Shown one piece after another: positions 56,460 to 64,000 of a DNA stretch of 64,000 nt. Both the position numbers and the translations under genes were made by a program. A model generated the notes under the pieces. It saw only the letters and a list, made by a program, of their open reading frames with translations, did no database searches and was not told the origin of the DNA. Where the stretch lies: IMG/VR virus record IMGVR_UViG_3300036982_001423, one strand, 5' to 3'. The DNA comes from a virus (lineage: Duplodnaviria; Heunggongvirae; Uroviricota; Caudoviricetes). Positions within the stretch are counted from its first letter, which is position 1. Each line of letters begins with the position of its first letter.

Positions 56460-56765
56460 ATGGTAGTAAAGAACTTTTATGATATAGCCGTACGTATCCA
56501 AAACGCTAGCAACCCAATAGCAGTAGTTGGAGAATTACGAGAAGCAATGATCGCTGCACACGGAACCAACCAAATCCGTAAAGATCCGGCAGTCCTAGCA
56601 ATCTTCTATAAGGTGTATGATATGCTCGGTGCACCGACAGAGAAAGAGATGCATTTTGCATATAAACAATGTGAAGCGTTCAGCCAAACCCCCGATCTAC
56701 CGGGTAAAGCCATTGGTAGTTATGGTAAAAAAGGTTGCGGCTGTGCAGTAAAGAAGCGACGGTGA
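56460..56765 (+). CDS. hypothetical protein (KKGCGCAVKK C-terminus)
   Basis: 21 nt downstream of conserved promoter element. Confidence 0.55.
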   Translation: MVVKNFYDIAVRIQNASNPIAVVGELREAMIAAHGTNQIRKDPAVLAIFYKVYDMLGAPTEKEMHFAYKQCEAFSQTPDLPGKAIGSYGKKGCGCAVKKRR

Positions 56766-56770
56766 ACCTC

Positions 56771-57403
56771 ATGACAACGACACGCAAATTAGAAATATAC
56801 CCGATTTCCCGGTGGAAACCCGCAAGCAAACAGCAAGCAATAGCAGTACAAGAATTAGGTGCTACACACATTATGTTCCGTCCAGATGAACGGTCATTAC
56901 CTTTATGGGTACAGAAAGAACTTACTGAAAAAGGATTAACCGCAATTAAAATTGGATATACCACATATGTAAGTAATACCTATGCATGTGTCCCTAAAGC
57001 ATCCATAGTCGGTAATTTCGGTAAGAAGAAGCATCCAAAATTACCCATAGTAGACATATCAACAGAACAACTATTCAATAGTTGGATTAAAAAAGAACGT
57101 TTAAGCCACGCTAAACGGCTTGCCAAAAGTATCCCCCACGAACCGATATGGTACGATGAAATTTCACATTCATGGGAAGCAGAGGAACCTGTAACTCAAG
57201 GTAAGTTCGGTGCGAAGAAGTCCGGTTGCGGCTGCACTGAAACCGTAGGGGGATTAGCACGTTTAAAGGAATATACGGAACTAATAAAAGAGATGCAAAA
57301 GGAGAAAGAGCGTAAGAAAAAAGGGACAATCATATATGGAATAACGGGTAGTGGCAAACACCTATCGGCAAAAGCAATAGCAAACTTAAAAAGAAACCCG
57401 TAA
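56771..57403 (+). CDS. hypothetical protein (contains KKSGCGCTETVGG and P-loop-like GITGSGKH)
   Basis: 210 aa; the GxxGSGKH match is weak. Confidence 0.5.
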   Translation: MTTTRKLEIYPISRWKPASKQQAIAVQELGATHIMFRPDERSLPLWVQKELTEKGLTAIKIGYTTYVSNTYACVPKASIVGNFGKKKHPKLPIVDISTEQLFNSWIKKERLSHAKRLAKSIPHEPIWYDEISHSWEAEEPVTQGKFGAKKSGCGCTETVGGLARLKEYTELIKEMQKEKERKKKGTIIYGITGSGKHLSAKAIANLKRNP

Positions 57404-57533
57404 AAACTATCGGTAACTTCAGAGGTTCGCTATACCCAGAATTCCATAAAACAACAATTCAAGCATTGAAAGAAGAATATGACCGACGGAAAAAAGCAGG
57501 AACGTGGATAGGCAAATTTGGAGGTATTTGATT

Positions 57534-57878
57534 ATGGTAAGACTTACAATTTATTGCGAACAATATGGTTATTATTGGGGGTTCACTCCGAAACAGTTTA
57601 TTGAATATTGTAATAAAACTATTGCAGAACGGGTAGCAGAATTACCTAGAAGTAACCAATTAAAAGGAAGACCTGCCACAATATACCCATCAGAAAGATA
57701 TTCAAGAAATCAATCTGAAAGAAATTCATTTTCAGGAAGCCCGTATGTTATCTTATATCATCCTTTAGATTGGGAGATGGAAGATTTCAGAATCTCAAAA
57801 CAAGAAGTAATCCAAAGATTATCTGAATTAAGAGGGACTCATACCACTTTGAATCTAGGTAACTTCCGAGGTATTTGA
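57534..57878 (+). CDS. hypothetical protein
   Basis: SD GGAGGTATTTGATT-ATG (repeated start context). Confidence 0.55.
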   Translation: MVRLTIYCEQYGYYWGFTPKQFIEYCNKTIAERVAELPRSNQLKGRPATIYPSERYSRNQSERNSFSGSPYVILYHPLDWEMEDFRISKQEVIQRLSELRGTHTTLNLGNFRGI

Positions 57879-57880
57879 AT

Positions 57881-58174
57881 ATGGCGTGGCATTTAATGTT
57901 ACAAACTGATGACCCTCAAGAAACCCACGCATTAACAGCATTTTTAAAGAAGAACGGGATTGCAGACCGATATATCAAGCACGTATCCACTTACAGTGAT
58001 CATATAGCCAATATGACCAAAGAAGGCTACTGCGAAAAAGAAATAGCAAGACGGCTGGAGAATATCTGGGGATTTGAGATATATGTATCTTCACACATAC
58101 AATCACGGAAACGTAGTAGGTTATCAAATGACTGGTGGGACTTATACCAACGCAAAAAATATATCAAACCCTAA
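57881..58174 (+). CDS. hypothetical protein
   Basis: GAGGTATTTGAAT-ATG (repeated start context). Confidence 0.55.
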   Translation: MAWHLMLQTDDPQETHALTAFLKKNGIADRYIKHVSTYSDHIANMTKEGYCEKEIARRLENIWGFEIYVSSHIQSRKRSRLSNDWWDLYQRKKYIKP

Positions 58175-58229
58175 AATCTGATAACAAAAACCACACGCTT
58201 AACTTAGGTAACTTCAGAGGTATTTGATT

Positions 58230-58370
58230 ATGACAACAACACGCAAAACCAAATGTAAATGTATATGTAATAAGAAACCCGTTCGGCACACAGGAATATT
58301 TAGTGTAACAAAACCTAAAAGGCAAGGGAATTTTGAAGGTTCACCCCCCTCAAATTATTGTGGGAGGTAA
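58230..58370 (+). CDS. small Cys-rich protein (46 aa)
   Basis: GAGGTATTTGATT-ATG (third copy of start context); MTTTRK N-terminus like 56771 gene. Confidence 0.4.
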   Translation: MTTTRKTKCKCICNKKPVRHTGIFSVTKPKRQGNFEGSPPSNYCGR

Positions 58371-58407
58371 AACATGGTCGGGAAAACTTATTGTGGGTAG
58401 TATCGAA

Positions 58408-58989
58408 ATGATTATCAAACGCAAACCCGTAGTAAAGAAACCCGCCCGTAAAACCATAGTTGGCACGTTCGGCAACCCTAAAATGGCGAAGTTCTATGGC
58501 GGTAAGAAACTCTATCAGAACCCGCCTGCACAGATTGAGTGTTCGTGTAACGAATGTAAAGAGATGTGTTTACGTCACCCGTGTTGGGGAACCCCAAAAG
58601 AGATGTTGAAGTTAATTGAGTTAGGGTATGGCAGACGGTTAATGATGGATTATTATTTCGATACTTCAGGTAAATTCGGTAGAAAAGAAACGCAAATCAA
58701 TATCATCACCCCGGCGTTAGTAGGTTACGAAGGTTCAGTAGCCCCGTTCGGGAAAAACAACCGATGCACCTTCTTAAACTCACAGAACCTATGCGAGATC
58801 CATAATATTAAACCGATTGAAGGTAAAATAGCGAGCCATGCGTGTGAACGCCCGAAAGATGGCAGGCACAGTTCCATGTCGAAGTTACATCTATCTATTG
58901 TCAACATGTGGGCTACACACGAAGGCGAACAAGCAGTCAAAGCATGGAATTACGACATTAAGGGTTCATGGGGGAAAATAAGGCAATGA
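58408..58989 (+). CDS. Cys-rich protein (start uncertain; track ORF from 58333)
   Basis: ECSCNECKEMCLRHPCW; 194 aa from first ATG. Confidence 0.5.
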   Translation: MIIKRKPVVKKPARKTIVGTFGNPKMAKFYGGKKLYQNPPAQIECSCNECKEMCLRHPCWGTPKEMLKLIELGYGRRLMMDYYFDTSGKFGRKETQINIITPALVGYEGSVAPFGKNNRCTFLNSQNLCEIHNIKPIEGKIASHACERPKDGRHSSMSKLHLSIVNMWATHEGEQAVKAWNYDIKGSWGKIRQ

Positions 58990-59018
58990 AAAGCAGATGC
59001 CGGTTCGGGTGATGAACT

Positions 59019-59318
59019 ATGGGAGATGGCGAGGTACATTTAAAAAACGGTAAATTATATGATATGCTTTGGGAACCCCTAAAGAAAAGAACTACGAAAC
59101 CCCAAATGTTAGAGAATATACCGATCCCAAAAGGTTCTTACGAATGTTATGGTGTCATGGGGGGTGATGATGGATACGTGATTACTCTTACAAGTAAACA
59201 AAAGGCGATTGCCGAACTTAAATACAATACTAAAATGTATGGTAAAAATAATACTCACCTATTAATTATGTATTTCACACCACAAGGCGAGTTAATTAAT
59301 TTTATGGCAATTGGGTGA
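59019..59318 (+). CDS. hypothetical protein
   Basis: 99-aa ORF. Confidence 0.5.
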   Translation: MGDGEVHLKNGKLYDMLWEPLKKRTTKPQMLENIPIPKGSYECYGVMGGDDGYVITLTSKQKAIAELKYNTKMYGKNNTHLLIMYFTPQGELINFMAIG

Positions 59319-59322
59319 ACTT

Positions 59323-59589
59323 ATGAAAAGCAGATACAGGTTCAGATGCGTAGAGTCCAGTGCAGCAGTAATCAACTATATCACGGATCATTCAACCAGA
59401 ATATCGTATGAAACGTTCTTGAAGTACGTAGACCGAGACAATTTCTACGAATTCGAGAAATCATTAGGATATGACAAACACCTACGTATGAAAGACGATT
59501 ACGTAGTTGGCTTCTACAAATCCAAACTGCCTAATGGCAAACTATGTCAGTATGTAGACTGGTCAGCCATCGAGCATGTCTTCTACTAA
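59323..59589 (+). CDS. hypothetical protein
   Basis: ATG at 59323. Confidence 0.5.
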   Translation: MKSRYRFRCVESSAAVINYITDHSTRISYETFLKYVDRDNFYEFEKSLGYDKHLRMKDDYVVGFYKSKLPNGKLCQYVDWSAIEHVFY

Positions 59590-59891
59590 CTAACTCTCTT
59601 TTGTAACATTTATGCCTCTTATGCCCCAATGGTAACACGGTGCTTCGACGTAGTGCTGGCAACTTGTTACCATTATGTTACCATTACTTTTGTGTATATA
59701 CATTAAGGAAAAGCAATAGCGGGGTTTAAAGCCCAAAAAGCATTGGCAAGTATCAAAGTGCGATCAGAAACCCGGATTGGATTTGGTGAAATATGTGTCG
59801 TTAAAAAATTTGCTAATTGGTTTATATGATCGGGTAATTATATTATAGCACAACTAACTATAACAAAGTATAAATACTTTTACGACGTAGA

Positions 59892-60044
59892 ATGTGTATG
59901 GTAAACCTAAATGCAAGAACCACAACCATCGCCATAACTACAGAAACATACCTACGATTGGAAAAATTAAAGATAATCCCTCAAGAACCATTTGATAATG
60001 TAATTCAAAAATTGCTTGACGAACACAATAAATCCAAGGTTTGA
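59892..60044 (+). CDS. archaeal-type putative antitoxin (VapB-like small protein)
   Basis: ITTETYLRLEKLKIIPQEPFDNVIQKLL matches the E(T/V)YxxLxxLK ... (S)FxDVIxxLL signature of the archaeal putative-antitoxin family. Confidence 0.5.
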   Translation: MCMVNLNARTTTIAITTETYLRLEKLKIIPQEPFDNVIQKLLDEHNKSKV

Positions 60045-60048
60045 TCAC

Positions 60049-60258
60049 ATGCTTTTCAATCAACCAAAAAGCAAGAATTTTGGAAATCCTATAGATAATT
60101 ATGGGGAAAAAGTCCAACTATCTATAAGTAGGGATCTCAAAGAACTTTTAGAATTAGAAAAAATTATCCCTCAAGAGCCTATGGAAATTTGTATACGTCG
60201 AATTATATCAGAACGTAAAGCGTTCCTATCAGAACTCAAACCCTTAAAAAGAGAGTGA
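60049..60258 (+). CDS. second antitoxin-like domain protein
   Basis: LKELLELEKIIPQEPMEICIRRII repeats the same motif. Confidence 0.5.
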   Translation: MLFNQPKSKNFGNPIDNYGEKVQLSISRDLKELLELEKIIPQEPMEICIRRIISERKAFLSELKPLKRE

Positions 60259-60764
60259 TTATGGAATCATCTATTCGTATGAGTTATAATGATTTCAGAC
60301 AAAATGTGCTAAAGAAACCCCCCATATTCCAATACGAAGGTAAAGGCGAACCCATATCATGCGTATATTTCATAAAATTTGATTACTATTGTCCAAACAT
60401 GGGTGAAATGAAATTAGTTAAAATCGGTCAAAGCATAGATCTAAAATGTCGATTAAAAGCCCACACCAAGTTTCCAAATGGAAAACTCATAGGTATCATA
60501 CGGAGTGAAACCCCACATTTATTGGAAACAAAGATTCACCAGATATTTAAAAATAAAAGATATGGGGGTTGTGAATACTTCCTAGAAACTGATGAAATAA
60601 AAGAATTTATCTTTGATTATATGTCTGATGACGATTATATGGAAGTAAAATATTTCAATCAATGCCACCACTTTCATATAATAGAAAAATCAGAATATCG
60701 TCAGATGTTTGAAAAATGGAGGGACTTATGGACATATCAGAAATCGGCAATTCAATCCAAATAA
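60255..60764 (+). CDS. T5orf172 / GIY-YIG-superfamily domain protein
   Basis: CVYFIKF...LVKIGQSIDLKCRLKAH...LETKIHQIF...GCEYF matches GIY ... YIG ... R ... E ... (E)wF layout. Confidence 0.55.
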   Translation: MIMESSIRMSYNDFRQNVLKKPPIFQYEGKGEPISCVYFIKFDYYCPNMGEMKLVKIGQSIDLKCRLKAHTKFPNGKLIGIIRSETPHLLETKIHQIFKNKRYGGCEYFLETDEIKEFIFDYMSDDDYMEVKYFNQCHHFHIIEKSEYRQMFEKWRDLWTYQKSAIQSK

Positions 60765-60982
60765 GGATCACATATGAAGATGCAGAAAGATTGCAGACGA
60801 TGAAAACTCGCCCCCAACAACCGTGGCACAAGGCGTTAAACAATCTCTTAAAAGAATACGACGAATTGAAAAAAGAAAACGCCGTATTAAAACGACAGTT
60901 ACGATCACGATATGAAGTCAAAAGCCCGGCACTTCCGGGTAATGTCCAAGCAATTGAACTGAAAGCAGAGCAATTAGAATAG
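60728..60982 (+). CDS. ribbon-helix-helix (CopG/Arc-like) candidate + coiled-coil
   Basis: N-terminal beta-strand/helix pattern IQIRITYEDAERLQTM; leucine heptads at C-terminus. Confidence 0.45.
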   Translation: MDISEIGNSIQIRITYEDAERLQTMKTRPQQPWHKALNNLLKEYDELKKENAVLKRQLRSRYEVKSPALPGNVQAIELKAEQLE

Positions 60983-61229
60983 TGTATATACACAAACTTA
61001 AAACAACCATTTCTTTCATTTTTCATGTATCTTTGTGCAACAAAACAGAGATCGTTGAAATTAGAGGCACATTAATTCTACCGACCGTTCAGTTATACAA
61101 TCATGCATCTACTTCCTAAATAGGATGTAGTCATTTCGAGGTTAAACACGCTCTAAAATGACACTTTAGTAGATAATAATATACCTAAAATCAGAAAGGT
61201 AGATATAGTTTTACACCAAATCAAATTGT

Positions 61230-61814
61230 ATGGCTGAACGTGTTATTGAAAGACAAGGTTCACGAATTTTAACACCTTCTCAATATTTGAGATTGCGTGA
61301 ACAGTTAGATCCTAACATTGGTTATCAATTAATTACTGATGCTCTTTTGAATACTGGTTTAAGAACCGTTGAATTCTGGCATCTTGTTGACAACCCCCAT
61401 TGGTATCACTCATCAAGTAGAGTAATAGATTTACCTGCGGTGGGTGCGGCAAAAAAACAAAAAAGTTCCAAAAAAGATAGGACAATCCGTTTAACGGAAA
61501 ATGGTTGTAAATCATTGGATACTTTATTTGCAGTGAAAATAAAATTTAAGGATAGAGATCAGATGGGAAAGGCATTAAAAAGAGCTGCTATAAAAGCAGG
61601 TTTTGGTGCAAGATATATCAATCCTAAGATGTTCAGAAAAATGTTAGTGAGTTATTTGTGTGATTGTAGAAAAGAATTGGGTATAGATGCATTAGATATC
61701 ACTGCAAATATGGGTCACGACGAAAAAACATTACGCGATCACTATCTGGGGATAGGGTTTAATGAAAAAGATCATTTAGAAATACTTGAATTTTTACAGG
61801 GGTGGAAATTATAA
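61230..61814 (+). CDS. tyrosine recombinase / integrase (catalytic domain only, 194 aa)
   Basis: Box I LRTVEF (Arg), box II MGHDEKTLRDHYLGI (His ... Arg ... Tyr nucleophile). Confidence 0.65.
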   Translation: MAERVIERQGSRILTPSQYLRLREQLDPNIGYQLITDALLNTGLRTVEFWHLVDNPHWYHSSSRVIDLPAVGAAKKQKSSKKDRTIRLTENGCKSLDTLFAVKIKFKDRDQMGKALKRAAIKAGFGARYINPKMFRKMLVSYLCDCRKELGIDALDITANMGHDEKTLRDHYLGIGFNEKDHLEILEFLQGWKL

Positions 61815-61834
61815 CAACAATCACAGACATAGCA

Positions 61835-62062
61835 ATGTGTGCCTTAGGATTAATCCTCGGCACCGCAGGCACATATTTCTTCTTAAAGGCGAGGGACAAG
61901 AAACTTGTGAGAGGGATAGAAAGGGCGTTAAAGAAATGCAGTTTAAGGATGAATGATCCAAAGATCAGCAGTTTGGACAAGATGTTTAAATTGGGTGAAT
62001 CTACGGCGTATAACAAGATCCTTAATTTAATGAATGGCAAGAAAAAGGAGATTGAGGAATGA
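61835..62062 (+). CDS. membrane-anchored hypothetical protein
   Basis: TM helix; first ATG in frame. Confidence 0.45.
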   Translation: MCALGLILGTAGTYFFLKARDKKLVRGIERALKKCSLRMNDPKISSLDKMFKLGESTAYNKILNLMNGKKKEIEE

Positions 62063-62135
62063 ATATCTGGACGGGGGTATTGGTTACGGGTTCATCATTA
62101 TTTAACAAACCTACGACGCAAAAGGAGGTGAACTA

Positions 62136-62300
62136 ATGCCGGAATGGACGATCACCCACAGGATTACATGGCATATCTGTGCAGACGGTAAAGAATTAGC
62201 CTCGTGCGAAACCGAGAAACAAGCGGAAATCTTATTAGACTCAATACGTAACGTTGAAACGTCAAAACAGATATCAGAACAGAAAGGAAGGTTATTATGA
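62136..62300 (+). CDS. small hypothetical protein (54 aa)
   Basis: strong SD AAAGGAGGTGAACTA-ATG. Confidence 0.55.
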   Translation: MPEWTITHRITWHICADGKELASCETEKQAEILLDSIRNVETSKQISEQKGRLL

Positions 62301-62584
62301 AAATCCCCGTCGAAGAAATCATAAATCGCTGTGAAACGGTGTATAAATTATCATTAAAAACTGATGATAAATACGCCCAATTAGCATATAGAGGATGCAT
62401 ATTAGGTTTTTTGGACATATGTTTAATCTTTGAGGATATTCCACACATTACTTTTAATGAAATAAATTGCCACTACAAAGATAAATTTGATGGAATAGAA
62501 CAAGATACTTATTTACTAGGATATGATTTAAGTAAAATCAAAGTAAAAATAATTAACGACAACAATATAAATAACGAGATGTAA
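62297..62584 (+). CDS. hypothetical protein
   Basis: ATGA overlap. Confidence 0.55.
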   Translation: MKIPVEEIINRCETVYKLSLKTDDKYAQLAYRGCILGFLDICLIFEDIPHITFNEINCHYKDKFDGIEQDTYLLGYDLSKIKVKIINDNNINNEM

Positions 62585-62589
62585 TTACC

Positions 62590-62787
62590 ATGAAACTTTT
62601 TGAAAATCAGCAAGAAACAAAACCGAAAATCGAGTTTTTGGGAGGGGTGTTCTGTGCCTTTGGAACTTGTGCGTGGATTGGGTTTTTACTCAATGCGAAG
62701 ACACCAGTGATCCCATATCTTGCATTAATCCCGTTAGGTTTATTTTGTGCATATACATACGGTACATTGAAAGGTGATCCAGCATGA
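62590..62787 (+). CDS. small membrane protein
   Basis: two TM helices. Confidence 0.5.
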   Translation: MKLFENQQETKPKIEFLGGVFCAFGTCAWIGFLLNAKTPVIPYLALIPLGLFCAYTYGTLKGDPA

Positions 62788-63029
62788 CAGACGAAGGCGT
62801 AAAATGGATGATGGAGAATATCCTGAAAGCATCCGCAGAGTTGATTGTAGCACAAATCATCAATAAGGTATTGACAGATGGCGGTATTGAACAATGTATC
62901 AAAGTAGATGCACTGCAACATAAAATGGATATCCGCAGGAAACGTGCAACCCCAAAGAGATATCAAATGTTAAAAGTCAAACGTAGTTGTAAAGATTACG
63001 CAGAGTATGGAGATGCGAAATGCCGGTAG
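62784..63029 (+). CDS. hypothetical protein
   Basis: ATGA overlap. Confidence 0.5.
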   Translation: MTDEGVKWMMENILKASAELIVAQIINKVLTDGGIEQCIKVDALQHKMDIRRKRATPKRYQMLKVKRSCKDYAEYGDAKCR

Positions 63030-63190
63030 CGTTAAGTGTGTATGTCAAATGTCCAAGAAAAGGCACGTATATGCCATTATCGTATTGCAAAGAGTGTGTG
63101 CATTACAATGGCACGATGTCATTGACGGGCGAACATGGAGAAGTAACTGAGACGATAGTAGTTTCGTGTGGTGTGGTAGAAGATGACTAA
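63020..63190 (+). CDS. small Cys-containing protein (56 aa)
   Basis: C..C...CKEC. Confidence 0.45.
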   Translation: MPVALSVYVKCPRKGTYMPLSYCKECVHYNGTMSLTGEHGEVTETIVVSCGVVEDD

Positions 63191-63503
63191 ATATTATTTA
63201 GTAACTGAGAAAGAACTTGATATGATCAAAAACGATTGCGCCCATACGGAAACTAATACTTGTGATGGTTGTGAGTATGAAGGAAAAAGTGGTCACAATC
63301 CCATTACATCATTTAATCCATGCACGTTCAAAGGCGCTAATATTTTAATGGATGAAGTTCTCACCCGCAAACTCCCAAGTAAGGTGTTAAAAGAGCTTGA
63401 ACGATTACACAAAGCCTGTGGGAAATATGATTATTATGAGGAAGGACGACGGGATGCGTTCGATGTTGCCATCCAGATAGTTAAGAAAGGAGGAAAATTA
63501 TGA
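63183..63503 (+). CDS. Cys-rich hypothetical protein
   Basis: C...CDGC...C. Confidence 0.55.
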   Translation: MTKYYLVTEKELDMIKNDCAHTETNTCDGCEYEGKSGHNPITSFNPCTFKGANILMDEVLTRKLPSKVLKELERLHKACGKYDYYEEGRRDAFDVAIQIVKKGGKL

Positions 63504-63712
63504 ATTGCGCTTGTAATAGATACGTAACGTGTACTGAATGCAGAACTGACTATAAACAAATGATGAAATACAAAAAACAGATAACGGATACCATATCCTA
63601 TCTTGAACAGTATCTAATCGATGAAAATAATTATGCATATACAGGTTGTGATCGTGCGTTCAGCAACTTATCACAAGAGATAATCGCACGTCTTAAAATG
63701 GAGGCTATATGA
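63500..63712 (+). CDS. Cys-rich hypothetical protein
   Basis: CACNRYVTCTEC; ATGA overlap. Confidence 0.5.
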   Translation: MNCACNRYVTCTECRTDYKQMMKYKKQITDTISYLEQYLIDENNYAYTGCDRAFSNLSQEIIARLKMEAI

Positions 63713-64000
63713 AAGAATACGTCATAACAGAGGAACAGATACAACGCCTCGCAAAAAATGGTGTGTCTGCAATATCAGAAAAGATTGCGTATTCGGTGTT
63801 ATCTCGCCCACTCTCTGAACACGATGCAGTTAAGAGAGAAGTTCCATCATCGAAAGAACTGATCCTATTAGCAACAACAGACTTCAAGAACCGTGAAGAA
63901 AGAAAAGGATTGCACGATCAAGCCTCATGGACTTCTGGATGGATAACTGGTTTCTTATCAGAACGGAAACCATACTGGTCAAAAATCCATGATGCTGAAA
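63709..64000 (+). CDS. hypothetical protein (3'-truncated by window edge)
   Basis: ATGA overlap; ORF runs off window. Confidence 0.5.
   Translation, partial: MKEYVITEEQIQRLAKNGVSAISEKIAYSVLSRPLSEHDAVKREVPSSKELILLATTDFKNREERKGLHDQASWTSGWITGFLSERKPYWSKIHDAE

Noticed and set aside
56771-57403. P-loop NTPase call from GITGSGKH
   Set aside because: Single weak GxxGxGKx-like match near the C-terminus without a Walker B. Insufficient.
60985-61230. Imperfect inverted repeat GCATCTACTTCC ... GGATGTAGTC upstream of the integrase as att site
   Set aside because: Arms are not true reverse complements on careful reading. No tRNA gene fragment recognised.
1-64000. Numerous minus-strand ORFs of 60-170 aa in the track
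   Set aside because: All are antisense to SD-led, translationally coupled + strand genes. No SD or start context; typical shadow ORFs. Only 14530..15621 has domain support.

Overview
This 64-kb window looks like part of a large archaeal virus, provirus or integrative element. My reasoning is from features visible in the sequence; I could not run any homology search.

General character of the window:
- It is one almost uninterrupted array of about 170 short genes on the + strand. Only one clear gene lies on the - strand, a NUMOD3/HNH homing endonuclease at 14530..15621.
- Genes are translationally coupled by ATGA/TGATG start-stop overlaps, and most starts are preceded by GGAGG-type Shine-Dalgarno sequences.
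- Transcription units end in plain oligo-T tracts without upstream hairpins, and TATATATA boxes precede several genes (archaeal style).
- Two tandem genes encode the archaeal-type antitoxin fold (ETYxxLxxLK...P(F/M)).
- Small Cys-rich and Zn-ribbon proteins are very abundant.
- Together these point to a euryarchaeal host of moderate GC content.

Recognisable genes:
- A classical AAA-family ATPase (17436..19067).
- A DPPY-type N4/N6 DNA methyltransferase (35750..36478) followed by a PD-(D/E)xK nuclease candidate (36475..37119).
- An SPFH/band-7 membrane protein (30279..31202).
- Two NUMOD3+HNH homing endonucleases (5664..6398 +, 14530..15621 -).
- An intact TnpB (IS200/IS605 OrfB) RNA-guided nuclease (45862..46920) with an upstream AbrB-like small ORF and hairpins at both ends.
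- A short tyrosine recombinase (61230..61814), preceded by a T5orf172/GIY-YIG-like protein and RHH- and antitoxin-like small proteins.
- A lysine-rich histone-like Zn-ribbon protein (54825..55181).
- Several paralogous gene families.

Signals that no gene explains:
- The perfect 10-bp palindrome TGTATATACA and one-mismatch variants are enormously over-represented: dozens of copies, mostly inside coding regions, in all three frames, concentrated between about 19 and 61 kb. Many genes also start with the same motif as ATG-TAT-ATG (MYM).
- A 1.7-kb C-rich non-coding region (15622..17330) contains iterons and 45-bp direct repeats; I propose it as an origin of replication or regulatory region.
- There are conserved promoter and leader elements.
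- A 14-bp tandem duplication frameshifts a gene at 7758..8224.
- Three proteins share a C-terminal tag, LDIIGETGLEI(S/T).

I saw no rRNA, no convincing tRNA and no CRISPR array.
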